Part shown: one piece after another, positions 1 through 12,451 of the stretch
Numbering within the stretch: the stretch's first letter is position 1
How the letters are laid out: each line of letters starts with the position of its first letter
Assembly (NCBI GenBank): GCA_030704615.1
Contig: CM060733.1
Coordinates: 2,418,001 to 2,482,000 of the forward strand
Direction of reading: 5' to 3'
DNA length: 64,000 nt
From: Takakia lepidozioides
Taxonomy: Eukaryota; Plantae; Bryophyta
Notes under the pieces: model-generated
Database searches by the model: none
Told to the model about the DNA's origin: nothing
Seen by the model: only the letters and a program-made list of their open reading frames with translations
Translations under genes and position numbers: made by a program

Positions 1-223
1 CGAAGAAAGTCGTCGAACTGACGATGAAGACATCCAAAGATCTCCACAGCCAGTGGAAGGAACGCATCTGTGGGATGACGGTCTTGATAGTCTCGTTGCT
101 TGGTCTGTGCAGCAATCAAAGCGGCAGTGCCTTGGGAAGAGGCCGAGCGAGAAAGTAAGTCGGATCAAGTGGGATCGGCAATGACAACATCTGCAAGGGT
201 GCACAAACCATCTCGAGATAGGA
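1..223 (-). mobile_element. CRE-like non-LTR retrotransposon, restriction-like endonuclease region (segment 4 of an interrupted element; continues beyond window start)
   Basis: Minus strand translates LSRDGLCTLADVVIADPT*SDLLSRSASSQGTAALIAAQTKQRDYQDRHPTDAFLPLAVEIFGCLHRQFDDFLR, homologous to ORF 33499..34140. It rejoins 10867 in frame (RRQVDIV|LSRDG) once the insertion and one AGGA TSD copy are removed. Confidence 0.85.
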
Positions 224-735
224 TGTCAAGTTATTTTATCATTAGTGTGAAACTAGCTAGGAAATAGCTAGCTTTTACATATTGACATTTGGGATTGGCC
301 CAAATGTCAATCCAGGGGTCAAGGCAGATTTAGGCCCTGGAGTGGTTATCTTCACGGCAAGCGCGGGGAGGCTCATCTTTCTCGAGTTGAGCCTCACCGC
401 GCCTAGCTATGGCGCCGTAGTGTGGATTCCCCATGGCGTAGGGTGCACTTGGCTTGATTTGTATTTGAGTGATGAGTTTTGTCAAGTTATTTTACCACTA
501 GTGTGAAGTTAGCTTGGAAATAACTAGCTTTTATATATTGACATTTGGGATTGACCCAAGTGTCAATCCAAGAGCCAATACATGTTTGGGCACCTAACGT
601 TGTTATCTTCACGGCAGATCGCGGTGGGCTCATCTTTCTCGAGTTGAGCCTCACCGCGTCTAGCTATGGCGCCGTAGTGTGGATTCCCCATGGCGTGGGG
701 TGCACTTGGCTCGACTTAATATATGAGTGATGTTT
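224..735 (+). repeat. Terminal repeat A, two diverged tandem copies of about 256 bp (224-479 and 480-~735)
   Basis: Both copies start TGTCAAGTTATTTTA and share GTTATCTTCACGGCA...GCTCATCTTTCTCGAGTTGAGCCTCACCGCG...GTGGATTCCCCATGGCGT. Homologous to the reverse complement of 59819-60161. Confidence 0.9.
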
Positions 736-3097
736 TCATGTGCAAGTATGTGAGTTTGAGAGAGCTTGTGTGCTTGTATCATTCGTTTCCCTATCACTCG
801 AGAAAGATCAGCTCGAGTCTGTGAGTGCCAGGTTCGAGTTAGTTGTAGCACTTGTGTTTTCAGATCATGAGAAGCGGTTCAGCCTAGAGTGCAGGGAGCC
901 GTGCATGAGCCTATCCAAAGCGGATAGAGTGCAAAGGCGAACAGGTTGCACGTTTGTCATGGATAGAGAGGCGGGTAGCCTATGTTGAAGAGCGGCGTTG
1001 CATAGCTCAAAGCTATGGCAACCAAGTTTGGGCTTCTAGTGTGAAGCGGAGGAGATGTTAGCCACGAGTGGGCGAACTGGTGATCGTCTTCTTCAGCTGC
1101 AGGCCGAATTAAGGAGCTGCTGAAATGTGGGTTGCGCATGGGAAGTTAGCATGTTGCAGGTTGGAGATGATAAGATCAGCTCCAGGTATTTCTGCCCGAA
1201 ACTAGTTGTTGCGGGTAGATGAGGAGCAGCCGAATGGTGGAGCTGCGAGGGGATGCATCGCAGTCCGTTGGGAGCTTTAGCTCCAAGCTCATGAAGAGGT
1301 ATGAGTGAAGAGAGGGGGCTGGTCCCTCTTGTGTGCAAATCAGTGCACTTGTGAAGCATGTGCTGAGTTGGAGTTTCAATCTGAAACTCACCAGTGTCAG
1401 GGCTCTTGGAGTGGCAAGAGCGAGGCTGGAAGGGCAGCAACGAGGCGCCCTAGAGCCAAGGGAAACGCATGAGAAGTGCAGGTGCACCAAGTTTCTAAAG
1501 GTGTGTATTTTCAGATTTGTTTTTGTGAGCTTCATGAAGAAAATGGAGCTTGTTGGGCAGCATATAGTTTGCTTGTTGAGTTGGGGGCACTTCTAGTGGG
1601 CCGTGAGAGCTCAAGAGTGCATGGCGATGGGGCTGATGGCTCCGCAGAAGCCATAGCTCAGTGGCAGTAGATGCAGGAGCAAACCCCAGCTCGGGGAGAG
1701 CTCGGGAACGCGTGGGAACGTAAAAAACGCCTCGGGAACGCATGGGAACTCGTTGGGAGTTCCAGGGAACGCAAGGAATAGTGGCCGTGATGGACCGTTG
1801 GGGCGGTATCATGAGATACCACGAGCCCAGATCGTGATGGTTGACCGTGACTGTTGACCGTGACCGTTGACCGTGACCGTTGGAAGCTGTTGTGCGGGCA
1901 CAACGGGTTGGCACGGTGACCAGATCGTGAGGATGGCGGGCCGTGAAGGCTCGTGGGAGTGGTACCACGGGGTATCACTGGGCAGTCCGTGGCCAACGAG
2001 CGCCTAGGGTGGGCCGTGAGGAGTAGCGGCGGTTGGAGCCACAGAAGGCCGCGAACAGTTAGAGTGAAAAATAATAATAATAATAATAATAATCTTTTTT
2101 CACTCGTTTCGTGGGACCTTGATGGGGAGGCTGGGCTCTGAAGAACAACGGTTTTGAAATAGCTGATCCGGCAAAAAAGTCGGAATTGCCTCCCTGTTGC
2201 GTTTTAACAAAGGGGATTACTTCCCTGCAGGTAATCTTTTCGGGTTTTCAGCCCAGTTCTTAACGATGGGGGAGATCAGCCTGCAGGTAATTCCTTTGGA
2301 CAGAATATTGTTGGGGCCTATATGTACCTCTATTTGCTCCATTTTTGAACCTTCAGCGAATGGTGTGGTTTCCTGAGGTGGTTCCATTCGGAGGAATGGC
2401 TGGTGGACGTAAGGAGGCACTGGCGGACCCTGTGGAAGCTTGCATGGGGCCTTGGAGGCCAAGTTTCATGAGCTCGTGGAGGGCGGTTTGAGGAGTGTCT
2501 ACATGATGCTCTCATGGTCATGCAAGTAAGAAAAGAGAGGAAAAAAAAAGAGGGTGTTGGGATGAGAGCATGCTGGGGATAGGCATTGCTTTAGTTTCCC
2601 TTCCTCGTAGCTTTCCACCTTCTCTGTAGGCCGAGACCTTTCCGTAGGTGGAGGCAAGAGTCAGTCCGGGTTTGGGCTGGGTTGCAGGAGCGACACTATG
2701 GAGAGATTTTTGGTGTGGGGGAGTTGTTGTTTTCATTCTTGTGTTTGGATCCCCTCCACACCTGCATGCTTGATTGTGCGCCATGCTAGTTTTGTGTGGG
2801 CGCTTGATTTTATAGGTGGTTGATTCGGGCTTGATCGCCGATCCAACCCTAGAGCATGTTGTTGATGGTGAGGCTGGGTTGATGACCAGTCAGACCATCT
2901 TTGTTTCTCCTGTGGTGAGGTTGGAGGTGATGACCAGCCAACCATATGAGTGCTTGTGGTGGATGCAGATGCAGGTGCAGCCTATGTTAGGAACCTATTA
3001 TTCCAAACCATAAGCCCCATCAGGTTCTCTACCCGGATACCTTGTGGAGAGGGGGTTAGAGACAGGTTCATGACCAGTTGAGTGTCAGTTTATCAAC

Positions 3098-4724
3098 ATG
3101 GAGGTGCCACTAGTTGCTGGGGACAATGCCGGTACGAACACTAGCGATACTTGCGGGTATATGAGACGAGCTGTGCGGTTTAGGCCACCTTCACCTCCTG
3201 TGTCTTCTACGGAAGGTTCTGATTCGGATTGTGAATCAGGAGGACTCACACCGGCGGGGCAAGTTGTTTCCTTGCCATTGTTGTGGGACACGATGGAGGA
3301 GATGTATGGAGCCACCAAGGGGCCACGAAGGTACTCTGGGGCGGTGGGCACCATTGAGTTTGATGATTTTATCCAAGAGTTTGATAGTTGGTGTGACTTG
3401 CAGCAAATGCGCAATCCACAACTGTTTACGCCTTTCATGGCATGGAAGGGGCTGTTTCAACACCTTGAGGGGCCGCCCATGGATGATTACCATGAGTTTA
3501 GGCGGGGGCACGATGTTGAGATCGAGGAGTGGAGGATGTACTAGTCACCCGACTATGTTTCCATCACTAGAAGCACTAGAGGGACAAGGGCAGCAGCCAT
3601 ACCGGCAGCTTCCACGAGCAGCAGTGGGACTAGTGGTACAGAGGCTATGACATCCACCCAAGCTACTGCTGCACCAGCACCAGTGGCGGTACCTGCCTTC
3701 AACCCTGTTGTGGAGTTCTTCGAAGAGTTGAGAAGGAACTACCAAGGGGTGAGGACAAAGAAGTTGAGGAGCTTGCAAGAGTTCCAATGGAAGCCTACTG
3801 AGAGCTTGAGGGAGGCTTTTACTCGCATGAGGCGCTTGATTAATGTAACCCAAGGGGTTACGGAGGCTCAGGCAGTCCAGTTCTGGTACGGGATATTGGA
3901 CAAGGAGCTGAGGAGAAGGGTGCGGGATGCAACTCTCCTACAAGCGGCCCAACCCACCTTAGCAAATGTGTTTTTGCTGGCAGAGCGGATAGAGCTCAAC
4001 ATGGTGGAGGAACGAGTGGTCATGGTGGGATTTGCTAAGGAGGCACCACGGGGTAGTGGTGCTCCTAGCCAGCCACTACCTCAACATGCTCAAGGCAACA
4101 AGGGGGTTCAGGTGAAGCCCAGGGAAGGGCAGAGAGGACCTCAGATGCAGGGGTCTCTCCCTTCATTTGCTGGCCAACAACGGGCGGATGTGGTGTGCTG
4201 GACATGTGGAGGACCCCATGTCAAGAAGGATTGCCCAGAGGGAGACAATGGTTTGGCATTGTGGCAGGTACGGGCACGGAGAGGCCCAGTGCTATGGTTT
4301 GCACCCTTAGTTGCGCCCACGCCAATTCCAAGGGAACAATGGTGGCCGGGGGCGAGGTGGAGCAGCCCAAAGAGGACGAGGTGGCCAGGCACGAGGTGCA
4401 AGCCAAGGGCAGGCTCAACATGACCAAGGATGCGGAGGTCAGGGTGGTGACCAAGGCATGGCCAACTGGCTTCAGCAGCTAGAGCAGAGGCTCGCTACCA
4501 TGGCCACAGCTCAGGTGGTACCGGCTCCAAGGCTGGATGGTCCACCTCCTGCTCCTGAGGGAGGAGACTTACGAGGCATGGGATTCATGTGCAGGGCAGC
4601 ACTACCACTAGTGAGGGGTGCCACTACCACTACCACCACCACTATGGGTGGGGCACCACTACCACTAGTGCCGGGCAGTACTACCACTACCACTATGTGC
4701 GGGGCAGGACTACCACTAGTGTAA
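3098..4724 (+). pseudogene. gag (capsid region and two zinc knuckles), disrupted
   Basis: Retrotransposon gag-like segment (LRSLQEFQWKPTESLREAFTRMRRL). Knuckles CWTCGGPHVKKDC and, in another frame, HCGRYGHGEAQC. Broken by stops and frameshifts. Confidence 0.8.
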
Positions 4725-5008
4725 GTGGAGTCAGCTGCGGCAGTGACTCGAGGAGCAGCACGAGTTCCTAAGCCACGGGGTGCGGAGTTGGATCCACAGC
4801 GTGGGGAGGCAAGCCGTCAGGCTAGGCTTCCTCAGTTATTTACATTGGCGGAGACAGTGTCGACGCCGTCTATGGCACCTAGTTCCCGCCCGACTATTAC
4901 CGAGGCGGAGGTTACTATGTCATTGGGAAGAGCTACACGGGCAGCACCACTACCTAGTGTTGCTAAGGCTACAACAGCTAGTGTGCTGCTGGGGGCGGCC
5001 ACAGCTGT

Positions 5009-5700
5009 GTGCCAGGCTCCATTGTTCTCGGCTACCATGATTGCGACATCGGGGTAAGACCAGCTGAGGTGTTCAGGCTGGCAGCGACACTCTGTGAGAG
5101 TAGAGAAGTTACTTCATCTTCTGCGGAGATAGTGGGAGGTGTAGTGCCGGAGGGATCTTCGGATGTGAGGGTCAAGACTGCCACGGTGGCGCCATGGCAA
5201 GCTGCAGCTGTCAGGTTGATGGAGCTGTCAGCTAGGCCAGCCATTGAGCGCGCCATGGTGACACCTGGAGTTGTCATGTTAGACAACCAGGATGACATTT
5301 TCTGTTTGAGTAGACCAGCAAGCAAGAGGTACCGGCCATTGCGGGTCTTATTGGACTCGGGAGCTTAGCCATTGATGCTAGGCAGAGCTATTATTGCAGG
5401 CTTGGGCCTCACGGAGGCGGATATGGAGCCGTGCCATTTCCAGATACAGACATCTCTGGGAGGGTTAGAGCAGGCTCGGGGCATGACACGGCGTGAGTTG
5501 GCTATCAGACTACATCTAGATCATCCTACAGATGGCTCAGTGATGAGAGCCAAGGCCATTGTGACAGACGCGATCTCGTACGATGTCCTTGTTGGTGGGG
5601 CAGTGTTGTACCCCATGGGCTTTACCCTGGATTTTTGGGAGGAGTTAGCTTCCTATAGGCCTGGATGGCAGTCAGGGAAGGGCCGACAAGTGCAACTCCT
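5009..5700 (+). pseudogene. Retropepsin aspartic protease, disrupted
   Basis: RVLLDSGA active-site motif at about 5342-5365, followed by a TAG stop. Downstream YDVLVG flap-distal motif. Confidence 0.8.
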
Positions 5701-6059
5701 TGTGACGTTCATAGGAGGAGTTGCGGTTGCCCAGCGAGGCAAGATGCCAACACTGGCAGCATTCACAGCTGCAGTGACTTGGCCTGGAGAGTTGTTGGAT
5801 GACAACACTCATTCAGAGGATGTGTCACCTCCGGGAGAGCAAGATGACATGTATGGTATGGCGGAGTTGTCTGCCATGGTTGCTCACACTTCATTGTGGG
5901 GTTCGAGCAAGGATTTGCAGCGGGTTGCTGATTGTCGTATGCAACAAGCCTGGGTAGAGGCTTTTGTACCGTCAGGAGAGGAGGACAGTGCGGGGATTGC
6001 ACCAGGTCCACCTCAGTTGTCTCCATTGGACACCACACCAATCATGAGGCAGTGTCTGG

Positions 6060-7057
6060 ATGAAGGCATTTGCCTGCTGGACTTGTTTGGCGGGATCAGC
6101 ACTGGATTGGCTGCTGTTCTACAGGCAGGTGTACGGGTACGGCGTTACCTGTATGTGGAGAGGGATGAGACTGCACGACGCGTCTCCCTACGTCATGTTG
6201 CTCAGTTGGTGCAGCAGTACCCTGAGTTGTTGCCGGTGTCTGCAGTTCGTGGATATCAGCAGGCCTTGCCAGCAGACATTTCGTTGCTGGGGGCGCAGGA
6301 TTTGGAGCGGGTTGGCTCCATTGATTTGGTAGTGGCAGGTTGGCCCTGCCAAGGGCATTCATCAGCCGGGCATGACAATGGATTGCGAGACTCGAGGTCG
6401 GGTTTGTTTTGGGAGATGGTGCAGGTTTTGCGCCACTTGTAGCTTCATCAAGCTATATCTCCAGCATACATCTTGGAGAATGTGCCATTGATGGGCAATT
6501 CTCGGGCCAGGGTGATGGCCAGTGTGCATCAAGTCCGGTTGTGGCTTGGGTCAGAAGTGTTGCTGGATGCAGCTGCAGTGGGGTCACGGGCTCATCGTCC
6601 ACGGTTATGGTGGACTAACTTGATGCCACCCGCACTGCTTAAGCGTGCATTTGATGGGGTGCAGCGGCCAGCACACCTCACAGTGGATAGCATTCTGGAC
6701 ACAGGGAGGCAGTCTCAGCGTGTGAGACACGATGACCGTTCACCTTTGGCAATGGTCAACAAGGTGGGTCGACCACGAGCAGCACTACCTACACTGCTCA
6801 GCTTCCCAAGATCGCATGTTTTCCGGGATAGCGGACCTGGCCTTATGTGGGATGCTCAGTTGCAGCAGTTAGTGGAGCCTAATGCTGACGAGCGAGAGCG
6901 GGCTATGGGTTTTTTCACTGGGACCACGGCGGTGCCTTCTCTTTCTGAGGCATCACATCGTCAGGTGTTGGGACAAGCGATGGGTCTAAATTGCTTGACC
7001 TGGATTATGAGCTTGGCTATGGCTGAGCAATGTAGAGTGCGGAGTGCACTTCCCTAG
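6060..7057 (+). pseudogene. C5 cytosine DNA methyltransferase domain (DNMT3-like) within the retrotransposon polyprotein
   Basis: Motif I LLDLFGGIST, II YLYVE, IV GWPCQG, VI ILENV, VIII HRPRLWWTN, IX ERERAMGF and X VLGQAM in canonical order. One premature TAG at 6440-6442. Confidence 0.92.
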
Positions 7058-7315
7058 ACGGTCTCTCTGCTTACCGAGACGGTACAGGCAGTGAGTGGGG
7101 GCGAGCTGGTGAGGACCACGAGGTATAGACATCCATGGCACACGTGGGAGGTGCTCGAGGTTCAGAAGGAGTTGGCAGCCAGGGCGGCTGTGATGGATGA
7201 GGTTGGGGATTTTTCTCGGGTTGAGGAAGTCCTCGAGGATGAGATGATGGGGCAAGATGAGGCCTTGTCATTGACTGAGCAGGCAGGGAATACTGCTCAA
7301 GAGGTTGCAACATAA

Positions 7316-8830
7316 CAACCACTGGACGCGTCCTCTACCTCTAAGCCCACTGGACTTAAGGTTGCAGTTACGAAGGACAATTGGGAGCCTAACATTGGAC
7401 CCATTGTCACCGGAGGAGAGAAACGACGTATACGGCGGTTCCTAAGGGCTTACAGGAATTGTTTTGCCTTCAGTTTAAAGGACTTGGGAGCACTGAAGGG
7501 TCAAGATATTCGTATTGAGTTGGCCACTGACACGCCAATCTTTCGGAGACCCTATAGATACAGTGACATGGACAGGTCTTTGATTCAGATGAGGACTCAA
7601 GATCTCTGGGAGGCTGGTTTGGTAGAGCTCTCTGGTGGAGAGTATGCTTCAGCCACAGTGATGCCAGCCAAGAAGGATGTCTATGGCAATTGGACGGAGA
7701 GACGTATGTGCGGTGATTACCGGCCTGTAAATCGTCAGACCAAGTCCGATAAGTATGCCATGCCAACACCAGAGGAGATCTTTGATGCCATCGGGCATGC
7801 TAAGGTCTTTAGCACTTTGGATTTACGATCCGGATATCACCAGTTGCCGATCAAGGAGGCGGACAAACAGTAGACGACATTTTGGGGGATCAATGAGCAC
7901 GGCAAGGATTGCCTATATCAGTGGCGGTTCTTACCATTTGGGCTTAAGAATGCTCCTGCAGAGTTCTAGAGAGTCTTGGATAGGATTCTAGTAGGGGTGG
8001 ACTTTGCTCGGTGCTACATAGATGACATCATCATCTTTAGTGCTATGGTGGAGGAGCATGAGAGACACCTTCAGGTGGTATTGGAGCGCTTGAGAGCGCA
8101 CGGATTGAAGTTGCATCCGGGGAACTGCAAGATTTTCCATAACCAGATTGAGTATCTGGGTCACATGATATATCCTGGAAGATTGGGGGTACAGCAGACT
8201 AAGGTAGAGGCCATTGCACAAATTCCACGCCCCACGGATGTGAGCCGAGTTCGAGCTTTCATGGGGTTGGCAAACTATTTTAGACGATTTGTCAAGGGAT
8301 TCAGTGCCATTGCAAAGGCTCTAACCAAGCTGACCAAGGTGGACCAGGAGTGGCAGTGGGAAGATGAGCAGGAACGAGCATTTCAAGAGCTCAAGGCGAG
8401 GTTGACCTCGGCGCCTATCCTGAGACGACCTATCAGGGGGCGTCCCTTTCAGCTGCATACGGATTGGAGCATGTTGGGGCTTGGAGCGGTGCTCACACAG
8501 GTGGATGATGAGGGAAGAGAGTTCGTAGTGGCTTATGCTAGCCACTCGAACAACGCTGCAGAGGCTAAGTACAGCTCATATGAGGGAGAGTGCTTAGTTG
8601 CGGTGTGGGCCATGGCACACTTTAGGTGCTATCTATACGACAATCTCTTCACCCTTGTTACGGATCACCAGCCACTGAAGTGGTTGATGGAGTCAGACAA
8701 GTTTACGGTGGGCACTCATACTCCAGGAGTATGACTTTCAGGTTGTGCATCGACCGGGTTTGGTCAATCGGGATGCAGATGGATTGAGTCGCAATCCATG
8801 CACGAGCTAGCAGGATGACACTGGAGCTCG
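7316..8830 (+). pseudogene. Reverse transcriptase and RNase H, disrupted
   Basis: RMCGDYRPVN, LDLRSGYHQ, PFGLKNAP, YIDDII, LHTDWS, YEGECL and VTDHQPL motifs. Confidence 0.95.
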
Positions 8831-8855
8831 GTGGCATGGTGAGACGGACGAGGAG

Positions 8856-10418
8856 ATGGTGTCGGGATGGCACGCATCTGCATTTTTGTGTATCTTGGCA
8901 TCGGGAGGTCAGGTTGGACCTACAACAAAGATGACTATAGACGGAGTGTCTGAGGACCCTAAGGCTAGTGATGAGCCAGGTGGTGCCAGAGATATACATG
9001 AGGATTCGGTTGTGTTGGACTACCTCCGCACGGGAGACACTGCAGTCACTGTGACTGCCAGGGAGAGGGATCGGATCCTGCAACAAGCCAAGAGATTCAA
9101 GTGGGAGGGGATACAGCTGCTCCGAGTATGGGAGGATGGTCGGGTGAGGATTGTGCCTCACCCCACACAGCGTGCACGGTTAGTGCGGCATGCCCATGAG
9201 GAGTTGGGGCATTTTGGAGTTCGACGCACTCACTGTTTACTGCAGGGGCAGTATTGGTGGTGTGGTATGCATACAGAGATGCAACAATTTGTGGCTAGAT
9301 GCATGGTGTGTGACAGGGTGCGTGCTTCATTCAACGCCCCTACACCACAGTTGCATCCTTTTACCAATCATGGGATTGGGCTACAGGTGGAGTCTTGACT
9401 TCGCAGGACCGTTGCCACTGATTATGCGCCACCACAGATATGTGTTGGTGATGGTGGAGCACTTCTCCAAGTGGATTGAGTTGGTTCCATTGCCTGACAA
9501 GGCTAATGAGGGGGCTGCGTATGCATTCTTGGATCGTGTGCTTAGCCGATTCGGTGCTCCAGCTGAGGTACTCACGGACCAAGGGAGGGAGTTCTTGGGG
9601 GAGTTTCAGGCTTTGTGTGATAAAGCCTTGATAGACCACCGCACTACTTCTCGGGATTATCCTGAGGCCGATGGCTTGGCAGAGAGAGTTGTTCAGACAG
9701 TGAAGAGGGGCTTGCGCAAGTATGGCTTGCAGAAGGGACACCTAAGACATTGGGATCTTCAGGTTCCTTGGTTAGCCATGGGCTACAGGTTCAACAAACA
9801 AGCATCACTTGCCTCTTTCTCACCATATTTCCTTCTCTTTGGCCTGCAGCCATTCGTAGGGACATTGCTCAAGTCCTTAACCTTGATGATCTAGACGTGT
9901 GGGTACGTGTATGTGGTCAACGTGCAGAGTTGTTCAAGAAAGTCATGCCCATGGTTTTTGAGAACCTTGCCATTGCACAACACCGTGATACGTTGAGGTA
10001 TGCCACTATACGTGGTGGAGGATATCGTCCTGGGGTTCGGAGGTTTAGCCCTGGTGACTATGTTTATTTGCAGCAGACTGCTCCTACGACCCATGTCACT
10101 GTAGGGCGTGTTATTCTGAGGGTTCGAGAGGTGTTGCCCTCCGGAGTCCTGATCTTGGAGGGTCGGGATGGCATGACTTGGAAAGACCATGTGCGTAATT
10201 GTGCGCCATGTCACCTTCCCAATGTTGATGGCAGAGTTGACCCAAACTTGGCAATGGTACCTGCAGGTTTGAGGTGCATGCTCTGTGGGTCTACCAAAGG
10301 GGCAGCCACCATGCTGGTGTGTGATCGATGCTCAAAAGGTTGGCATATGGGATGCTTGACACCACCTCTTGAGAGGGTTCCTGATGAAGATTGGTTGTGT
10401 CCACATTGCTTGGGATAG
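8856..10418 (+). pseudogene. Integrase (HHCC and DDE core) with C-terminal PHD finger, disrupted
   Basis: HEELGH...CMVC, WSLDFAGP, LTDQGREF and GLAERV motifs. Terminal CMLC...CDRC...WHMGC...WLCPHC is a C4HC3 finger. Confidence 0.93.
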
Positions 10419-10663
10419 TGGCAGTGGACATGACTAGAGGAAGCTAACAAGACATGGGAGGCCAAGCTCATAGGAGTCAATACACGAGATCCCAGGCTCA
10501 AGTTCACAGGTTGCAAGACGGCGACTAATGATGGGGCAACTTTTGCACCCGGCCTCTTGATCTATCGAGTTTGAGTGTAGGACAGTGGTGGAGGACTTAG
10601 TGAGGCTATGATCACTATCACATCTTGTGGCTACCTGGACTTAGAGGGACCTAAGCACCAGCT

Positions 10664-10862
10664 AGGGGGGCGATTGTGTGGACTAGTGACTGCCATAGTG
10701 GGCAGCATAGTGGCAGCCTAGTGACTGACTAGTTGTAGCCTAGTGGTTGGACTAGTGGCTGGACTAATGGTGGACTAGTGGTATATTAGTGTGTGGTGTG
10801 CATATGTGTTGTGTGGTTTTGGACAGCGATGTAGTTGTGTAGCGATATGTATGCGCACGACA
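10664..10862 (+). repeat. Polypurine tract (AGGGGGG, 10664-10670) and terminal repeat B (10675-10862)
   Basis: AGGGGGGCGAT then TGTG...GGACAGCGATGTAGTTGTGTAGCGATATGTATGCGCACGACA. The 3' part matches both B copies at 59732-59818 and 60164-60250. Internal CTAGTG microrepeat expansion. Confidence 0.85.
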
Positions 10863-10866
10863 AGGA

Positions 10867-12451
10867 CAATGTCGACTTGCCGACGAGTGGACTGAGGCAT
10901 ATGAGAGGGAAGCTTGTGAGTTTGCTCCCGCAATAAATGGAATCCAGCCTTTTGAGCAACAGAGGCGACGGTGTCTCGCACAACATCATGGGTCGCTGTA
11001 CGATCTCCTCCACATGGACAACGAAGGAGATGAACAGCAAGTGGATCTATGGGTTGGTGACAAACACAGCGCTATAAGCCAAGCACAAAAGGATGTGGTA
11101 AGCCAAGATGAATGCGGAGAGCCGTGGCAAAGATTAGAGACGACAAGCAAAACGGTGTGATAGTGGGTATTGCGATAAGCCACGCACCCGTCCCTGGTCC
11201 CGCACAAGATAAGAGCTTGGTACGATGCATATCAGAAGATGCATCAGAAAGTATGCTAGAAAAGGTTTGTTGGTGCACGCGATCCATGATGGTCTCCTGG
11301 AGATGGTCCAAGCCCTGAGTAACCAGCTGCTCAAATGGCGGAAGGCAAGGCCGCACTGATGGATGAAGAAGGTCACGTGCAGATCAGAGATGTTGTTGGA
11401 ATGAGAGTGAACCATTATCCACGTGAGCAATGCTATCCATGAGTAGGGGCCGCTGGTCACATAGAAATTGGGACGCAAGGGCTGGAGCAACTAGAGCCCA
11501 ACTGCCGAGGAAAGCACAAGGAGCAGTGGTGGCAGTGGAGCGTAGACCCACTCCGCCAGCAGACAAAGGTAAGGTGGCTTGTTGCCAAGGTAAATCCCCT
11601 TGGGAACCATCCAGAGCACCGGGCCCTAGTAAACGACCAAAAACCCCCATAATGTGAGCATCAAACTGCGACAGGGACAACAGGAATTCAGAGGTAGGTG
11701 GAAAAGACCGTAAAAGGTACGATGGTCGTTGAATGAAACACCTTGTGAGAATACCATAGGCGACCTGTAGATCCCCAAGCCTAGGAAGGAGCTCAGAATG
11801 AGAGATGTCCTCTTGAAGTGCATCTTCCAGGAAAGTTGAAGTGAATGAGGTGGTGCCAAAAAGAACGCCCAAGATCCGGATGCCGTCAGATGGTGTGAGA
11901 AAATGGGCAAGTGGCGAAAAGCCAGATGGTAAACCGGATGGAGACCACACGACACACTTGCGAGGTTGAACGGAGAGCCCCACAGAGTGCAACTGGGTGA
12001 TGAAATGACTGTAAGCCGGGAGGACCTCGGATGTCGGACCAACGATGTGGGTGTCATCTGCAACAGAAGAGAATAGACAAGAAAGACATGCTTGTGCAGA
12101 CGACGTAAGAGCGCGCACATGTGCCATGGACCCCCTAATGGATGGCCTTGACGTGTGCCCACCTCCGACTGTATGATACTGTAGTCGGCTATGTGAGAAT
12201 GGTGACTGTAAAAGAGGGGAGCACCAGACGCATAGAATAGTCTGACAAAAAAGATAAGCTGATGAAAATCACCTCCAGCAGAACGGAGCTCCTGAAAGAT
12301 GGCAGCGCGTGAAACAGTGTTGAAGGCGTTGCTGACATCGACTTGAAGGATAACCCAGTCAGGATGAAGGTCAAGTGTGGCGCGGATCCCGTGTACAACA
12401 GCTTCACAGCCTCCTGGAGTGGCAACCCCGAACTGATGTGGAAAGAGGTGG
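10867..12451 (-). mobile_element. CRE-like non-LTR retrotransposon segment 3 (RT core, thumb, CCHC zinc finger)
   Basis: GTRQGHPLGG, VADDTHIVG, GIRILG, QATLPLSAGGVGL, AGAWL-like GTGAWL and ALRIHLGLP motifs, typical of CRE-clade RLE elements. Degenerate. Confidence 0.88.

Larger units (their letters stand above)
224..10862 (+). mobile_element. Ty3/gypsy-type retrotransposon encoding gag-PR-DNMT-RT-RNaseH-IN-PHD, degenerate, with non-identical termini (A...B)
   Basis: Begins TGTCAAG and ends GCACGACA, flanked by 4-bp TSD AGGA (220-223 and 10863-10866). Domain order is PR-RT-RH-IN. Many in-frame stops and frameshifts. Confidence 0.92.

Noticed and set aside
224-735. The two tandem A copies as the LTR pair of a TRIM-like mini element
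   Set aside because: They abut directly with no internal PBS or PPT, no terminal CA and no TSD of their own.
1690-1900. Short repeat arrays as a CRISPR-like array
   Set aside because: The units are 6-10 bp without unique regular spacers, and the context is a eukaryotic TE.
224-10862. Classification as a DIRS/Ngaro tyrosine-recombinase element because of the split repeats and methyltransferase
   Set aside because: It encodes an aspartic protease and a DDE integrase and has a TSD. No tyrosine recombinase ORF was seen, and the MTase is C5-cytosine type rather than the adenine type of DIRS.
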